A stretch of DNA of 64,000 nucleotides from the NCBI RefSeq assembly GCF_018977255.1, contig NW_024704767.1:1-64000 (forward strand). Direction: 5' to 3'. A model generated the notes under the pieces. The model was given only the letters and a program-made list of their open reading frames with translations. It was not told the DNA's origin and searched no databases. Position numbers and translations under genes: made by a program. This stretch comes from Callorhinchus milii. Its lineage: Eukaryota. Positions 58,201 to 64,000 of this stretch are shown piece by piece (position 1 is the first letter of the stretch; the number at the start of each line of letters is the position of its first letter).

Positions 58201-61200
58201 TTTTAGGATTGAATCTGAAGAATTTATAAAATTAGCTGGGTTTATTTATGCTTACGTTGGCCATCATGTGTTTTCGAGCTGGAGAATATTGGGGGAATCT
58301 TAATAGGAATCTGTCTTGGATGCTAAACACAAATGATGTGTAAGATGGGGGAGGGAGGGAATTCACAACTCAAACCTGCTTAAAGGATAACATTGCTCAA
58401 TCAGTCTATCCTGTTGTGGATAATGTATTGATCTAATTCCCTTACTGTTTCCCTTTAATGTTTTTTCTCACATATCTATTCCTCCCAAGGATTATTATTA
58501 TTTATTCCATTCATTTTTAAGTGTTATTATTGACTAAGCTTCAACAGCCATTTGCCATATTCTAACAACGTTCTGTGAGAAAAAAGATCTTCTAACCTTC
58601 ATGAAACTATTTAAAATCAGTCATTCATTTCATGGATGTTTGTGTTGCATTACTATGCACAAATTCACCTACAAATACAATACACATTCACTACAATTTA
58701 TAGTAAATTCTGTGAAGTTCTTTGAGACGTCCTTCTGGTGTGAATAGCTCACAGAGAGACTGACATAACCTGCAGGCGGTGTGAGGCTGTGAGGCATAGT
58801 TTATTAATATTTTATTGCACTGATCCTTTGATATAAGTAGTTATTTCAAAGCACAGGCATGGGGAATTGGATAGAGCTTGCTGGCCTTTTCCAGATAAAT
58901 AGTCGTATTAAAAGTACAATAAAACATTAAAATCATTTCCCATTTGAAAGGTCGTACAATAGGCAACTGCACAAAGGCCAGCATCGCCTTTTAAATATGT
59001 AGATAATAATTTTGCCGATTGCTCTGTGCATCGCAAATGCCCTTTTAACAGATGCATCTAATAAGTCAGGTCTCAACCTTTACATTTCACAACACCAGCA
59101 ATTTATTAACACTCCTATATTTGCTTGGGAGCTTACGATGAAAGCTGTTCTTTTCCAGAGTCCCCTTTATCCAATGTGTTTGATTCCCGTTGTGTGCGTG
59201 CCTGCTGCAGCAGTCTTAACATTTTTTAAATATATATTAAAACGTTTTTATGAAATATTGTCTGAAGGTGGGGTGGGGTGGAGCGAGAATATACAAAGAG
59301 CTGGATTCTGATGCAGGCCCCCTTTCTGTCTCTGTGATATCCAGTTATGGTTTTGCCCACAAAACATACAGTCAATTCACTTTGCAGTATATTCTGTGAA
59401 GCGCTTTGTGACGTCTCAAAGAAGTGATAAGGTGCTTTATCAAATACAAGGATCAGAATTATTATTATGGTTAGGATTAGCTCCATATCAAGGTTCTTAC
59501 CATACTCAACAGAGTTGGGGCCCTATAGTTCTTAAATTGACAAAGTTTGATGACTAATACTTTCTTTTCGAAAACCACGACATCTCTTTCCCTTCCGTCT
59601 CCTTTTCCCATTGCCGCGGCAGGTTGCTGTGAGTGATGGCCACACGGTGGCAGTGGGGATGGAGAGAGCAGTGTACACGTGGGGGAGGAACCGGAAAGGA
59701 CAGCTCGGTCACGGAGATCTGCAGTCACGCTCGCGGCCACAGCTGGTGGATGCACTGAAAGGAAAAGCCATCGTCAGGTATTAACGAGTAGAATCCTGTA
59801 CCTTAGTGGTTAGAGCGCTCGCCTCGCAAGCCAGAGGACCTGGGTTCGATTCTCGGGCAGGGCGAATGGTTAGGCAAGTTTCCTTACTCCACTCCACCAG
59901 TAATCAACTGACCACAGTCAGCAGTGGTCAGTTAAGGGTTTGCGCCTGAGCCGAGGGTTGAAATCAAGAGGGTTATTACGGTAAACGCTTTGAGACGCCG
60001 TCCGACGTGAAGGTGCTGTAGAAATGCAAGTTGTTGTTGTTGGAGGGTAGGGGGAGTGGGGTTTGGAGTCGGGCCGAAGGCACGGTCAAAGAGTCTCAAA
60101 GTTATTAAGATCCTTAGGTCACTCTGTTAACCATTTGCCTTTGCCTTCACTTGCAGGGCCTGTTGTGGAGATGTGTTCAGTGTGTTTCTCAGTGACAATG
60201 GCATTGTGATGACCTGCGGTGACGGATCCCAAGGCTGCCTGGGACACGGGGACCTCTGCAGCACCTCCAGGCCTTGTCTGATCGAAGCCCTTCTCAGTGT
60301 AAACGTGCAGGACATTGCCTGTGGCCTGCAACACGTGGTGTGTGTCGATGGTGATGGGGAGGCAAGTCATTCGTTTACAACACATCTTTTTGTTTAAAAA
60401 AAAGTTTTGCTTATTTGTATTTATATTTACCAGAAAGGATATTTCTGTTTATATTTTTTAACAGGAGCTGACTCTCCTCACCCCACACTCAGCTCCTGTT
60501 AAAACTGCAAGCCAAAGGTGTAGTGTGGTTCTAGCTTCACATGCAGAGAGAAGTGTAGTTGATTTATATATGATTTTGATACTCTTAAGGATGCTGGTGG
60601 GTTTCCACATGTCCAAAACACAATCAGGGCTAACTTGGTGTACATTGGTGTACGTATCCAGAGATACAAACAACATAGTCAGCCCATTTTACAGTATATT
60701 CTGTGAAGCGCTTTGCTTCCCGTGTCTCGATGACGTGATAAGGCGCTATATCAAATACAAGTATTATTATTACTATTATTCTTCCCCTTTCTGAGGCTGA
60801 TAATTAGGAACACCGTTGCTGTCTCTATAGCTTACACTCACCAAGGTAACGTCCTTCAGAGAGAGAATTGGAGGAGGAAGTTATGGTTTGAAAGAAGTTT
60901 TTTTTTAAACATTTCTCTTTCTAAAAACATCCGATCTTGATGGAGATTCTTTACCACATTCTTGCTGTCCAGGTGTTTTCCTGGGGCAATGGGAGACATG
61001 GAAAGCTGGGGCTTGGGAATGAGGATGATCACTGTGTGCCAGTGAAGGTGGCCTTTGAGGAACAGGTCTTCATAAGAGATGTGCGCAGTGGATCTGATGG
61101 AACCATGTTCTTAACAGGTACCTGTTTAATGGCGCAAAACCTGTAGCTGACAGTTCATTTACTGTTTCCATCAAAATGAAAGATATAATGCACAACTCTC

Positions 61201-63200
61201 CATTCTGAATCTTAAACAAGTTATTTGTGATGTGTGAAAATCAATTGTTTTCTGTTGTTATTTTTCACTAATTATAAAAAAAAGTTTCAAAATATGCAAT
61301 TGGCTGCCACGTTTCGCCCACAAAATATACAGTCACTTCACTTGACAGTGTATTCTGTGAAGCACTTTGAGACATTACAATGTCATGATATCAAATGCAA
61401 GCATTATTATTATTTGGTCAGGTACAGGGCTCACTATTTTTTCAATTAGTTAATGGCTCTCGCACTAAAAGTTCAACTGCAAAATACTCCCAGCCCTTCA
61501 GCCTTTAATTGTCCTGGCTCAGTTGTTCTGAAACTTGTTTTGTGCCCTTCAGATACTGGCAGTGTCTTGGCCTGTGGTAACAATCAATACAATAAACTGG
61601 GTCTGAATGAGAGACGGGGCCTTCTCATGCAGATGACAACACTGTTTGCACGAGTAAGTACTCTTTGTTATATTGCCCACAAGTGACCGTTTTTATTCTG
61701 TGATCCTGGAGAGAAAGAGAGAGTTTATGGCTTTGAGAGGAGAGGAGGAGAGGAGGAGGGGATGAAGGAAATTACTCATCACCTCCATCCCCCTCTGCAC
61801 TGAATTCCCACTCTCACCAAATTTCTTCCCCCACCCCCACCCTCACTCATGGCACAGTAGACATGTTAACTAAACTACCATCAAAAACACTTAGTATTGG
61901 GGTCTGCCACTCCCCAGTTGTGAAAAGATCTTCTTGTTGCTTGTTGTTGACATTGCAGTGTAGGGTCGGCACTCCCACCAGACAACTCTAACAATTGTTC
62001 AGCTTCACCACTGCGCTGTCAATCATTTGATTTTGCATCAGTGTTTGTTTCAGAGTTTACCCTTAACAGTGGATTCACACCCGGAACTCGAAACATGACC
62101 GATTTCTGTTCTCTTCCCCTCTGTAGACTGATGTTGAAGGTAGGAAGGTCCCCACAATCGTAAAGGCATTGAGGCACCATCGTGTGAGAGACGCGGTCCT
62201 CGGCCCATCTCACAGCATTGTCCTGGTGGAGCCCGGCCTTCTGTTTACCTTCGGGAAGAACACAGAGGGACAGCTTGGCACTGCCAACACCAAAGCGTAT
62301 AAAGTACCAGTGCATGTGAAGGAGCTCCAGGATAAAACGTTAACTGTGAGTGATGATACAACCATTAATGTATTTCATACACTGAACTCTAACTGTTGCA
62401 AATGAGTCTTTGTTTCAAGATCAGTAATATCTTACAAAAACCTTTGGTTGATGGTAGTGAATCTTTATTTGGTGAGTTACCAGATCTCAGTCAGGTCAGC
62501 AGTTTAGGATGTGGGCAAGAGTTGTCTTCAGTAGCCCTCAGTTACGATTGGAAAATCATCCTCCTAACTTTTAAATTTCTTTCCTTCCCCTCTCTCACTC
62601 AAGACACTTGGTTGCGGAGAGACATTTAGCGTTGTTGGGGCTGATGATAATTCCATCCTCTTCTGGGGAACCAAGCACAGATCTGCAGGATCGACAGATC
62701 AGCTGGGCCTGACCGCTGTGAATCAAGCAGCCACAGAGGTAGCAGGAGCTCCAGTCTGCCCACCCAAAGCCGAGGAGCCCAGTGTGAGGCCAGGCAACTC
62801 CACTGCGAGGAACAAAGACACTGACAGTGAAAATCATAAAAAGGAGCAAGTTGGAACCAGCCTGGGAAAAGAATCGAAGCAAGCTGGAGAGGGAAACTTG
62901 GATGCACAAGAATCATCTTCGTTGATTCCTGCAGCACAGGTATATTAATTTACATGTTATGCATATATATATTCCTTACATTTGATAAAGCGCCTTATCA
63001 CATCATTGAGATATCTCAAAGCGCTTCACAGAACATACTTTAAAGTGAATTGCCTGTGCATTTTGTGGTCGAAACGCGGCAGCCAACATCTATATTGTTT
63101 CAACGGTAAGTTTTTACTCTTCTGGTTTTGTTGCAGAGAGTGTCCAAGCCAGACTCACTGGAAGAACATGTCACGTACATGAACTCAATGTCTGTGAAAG
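49241..63200 (+). CDS. NEK8/NEK9-like NIMA serine/threonine kinase with RCC1 repeats and an N-terminal DUF4347-like domain; continues past the window end
   Basis: Phase-consistent exons 49241-49991, 52381-52545, 52733-52848, 53382-53513, 53835-54036, 54579-54698, 55343-55460, 55621-55840, 59623-59777, 60157-60361 (GC donor), 60973-61117, 61553-61653, 62127-62345, 62604-62939, 63137-63200. Kinase motifs [38 protein letters not shown]; RCC1 repeats [54 protein letters not shown]. Start codon (49241 vs 49277 or an upstream exon) is uncertain. Confidence 0.88.
54280..54435 (-). mobile_element. Unclassified dispersed repeat, copy 3 (degenerate)
   Basis: GCACACTCTGG..CCAA..CTTGG..TTGGGTAAGCAGG blocks shared with 10888-10961. 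Confidence 0.55.
55195..55330 (+). mobile_element. Deu-domain SINE 3' half, ending at the acceptor of kinase exon 7
   Basis: GCTGTGCGCAATTGGCTGCCGCG core, then tail CAAACGCAGGATAC leading into TTTCTTCTTCTCACAG. Confidence 0.8.
56620..56872 (+). mobile_element. Unclassified ~250-bp dispersed repeat, copy 4
   Basis: TTGGTCAGCTGGGTGTC..GAAACCCATCACCGTGCTTAAG..ACCAAACTGAGAATT..GCATCCCACCT..GTGGAAAT matches the reverse complement of copy 1. Confidence 0.72.
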
Positions 63201-63474
63201 GTAAGGTAAAGGCTTCGAGTATCCGTTGAATTAAGTTTTTATTTTTGGAGACTGATCTCAGTCTTTCCTTAAGTAATTAGCTAAAATATATATTCATCAG
63301 TTATTAGATATATTGTTTCCTTAGATATATCGTCAAACATTCCTTCCTTCTCACTACAAAGATATTATAAATAGCTCCAGGTGCAAATCTATGGCTAATT
63401 AACAGTACTGGGGTGGTCAAGCCATGACACAGTGTGTTCTTTCATACAATGTAACATTGTCTATGTGACAATAT

Positions 63475-63804
63475 ATTATAATAATAATAATAATCCTCGC
63501 ATTTGATATAGCGCTTTTCACTTCGGGAGAACGTCCCAAAGCGCTTCACAGAATATACTGTCAAGTGAATTGACTGTATATTTGTGGGCGAATGCGGCAG
63601 CCAATTGCGCACAGCAATGTCCCACAAACAGTCATCGATTGAAAATGACCAATTTATTATTATTGTTTTGTTTCTTTGGAGGGATTATTATTATCAGGCA
63701 TGTGGAGTAAGGAAACTTGCCCAAGGTTTCGCCCTCTGCCTGGAATTGAACTCGGGTCTCTCGCTTGCAAAGCGAATGCTCTAACCACTGAGCTACAGGA
63801 CTCC
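63475..63804 (-). mobile_element. Full-length tRNA-Ala-headed Deu-domain SINE; representative of more than 30 copies or fragments in the window
   Basis: Head GGAGTCCTGTAGCTCAGTGGTTAGAGCATTCGCTTTGCAAGCGAGAGACCCGAGTTCAATTCC (A-box, TGC anticodon loop, B-box), core TGTGGGACATTGCTGTGCGCAATTGGCTGCCGC, L2-like tail, (TTA)n end. Confidence 0.9.
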
Positions 63805-64000
63805 ATATTCTTCCTGAGAACCACACAGATTTACAGCAGAGAAGGAGGTTATTTGTCTCATCGTACGTGGGCCGACTCTATAAAAGGAGTAATCCGTTCA
63901 GTCCTATTTACCTGCTTTCCCAACCTCCCTTATATCCCGGCTAATTGCGCTCATCTTATCCTCGTAATGTAACGTTGTTCATGTGACACTGTAACTATCC

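Noticed and set aside
49241-63200. Naming the kinase NEK8 or NEK9
   Set aside because: Mosaic similarity, an extra N-terminal domain and non-matching synteny; needs a phylogeny
63730-63804. tRNA-Ala gene (also near 16601, 41250, 46500, 59790)
   Set aside because: The acceptor stem is poorly formed and each copy runs into SINE body sequence, so these are SINE heads

Overview
Eukaryotic, intron-containing vertebrate DNA. The SINE, L2 and CR1 repeat content and compact introns suggest a cartilaginous fish, possibly a holocephalan (inference). Five spliced protein-coding genes were reconstructed by hand. (1) MTFMT, +, 5'-partial, 678-4744. (2) An uncharacterised 12-exon gene, -, 6581-12087, about 434 aa, fusing a Rieske [2Fe-2S] domain to a DUF455-type ferritin-like di-iron domain. 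(3) CILP, -, 14205-22542. (4) PARP16, -, 42728-45942. (5) A NEK8/NEK9-like kinase with RCC1 repeats, +, 49241 to beyond 63200, carrying an in-frame N-terminal DUF4347-like domain with a His...Gly-Cys pair. MTFMT, CILP and PARP16 are neighbours on human 15q22; I know of no mammalian gene with either fusion architecture, so genes 2 and 5 are the main candidates for undescribed biology. Seven single-base homopolymer indels interrupt genes 1-3 and look like long-read assembly errors. Non-coding DNA is dense in a tRNA-Ala-headed Deu-domain SINE, L2/CR1 fragments, an unclassified ~250-bp repeat and mini/microsatellites. Domain calls rest on motif recognition only; no database search was run.
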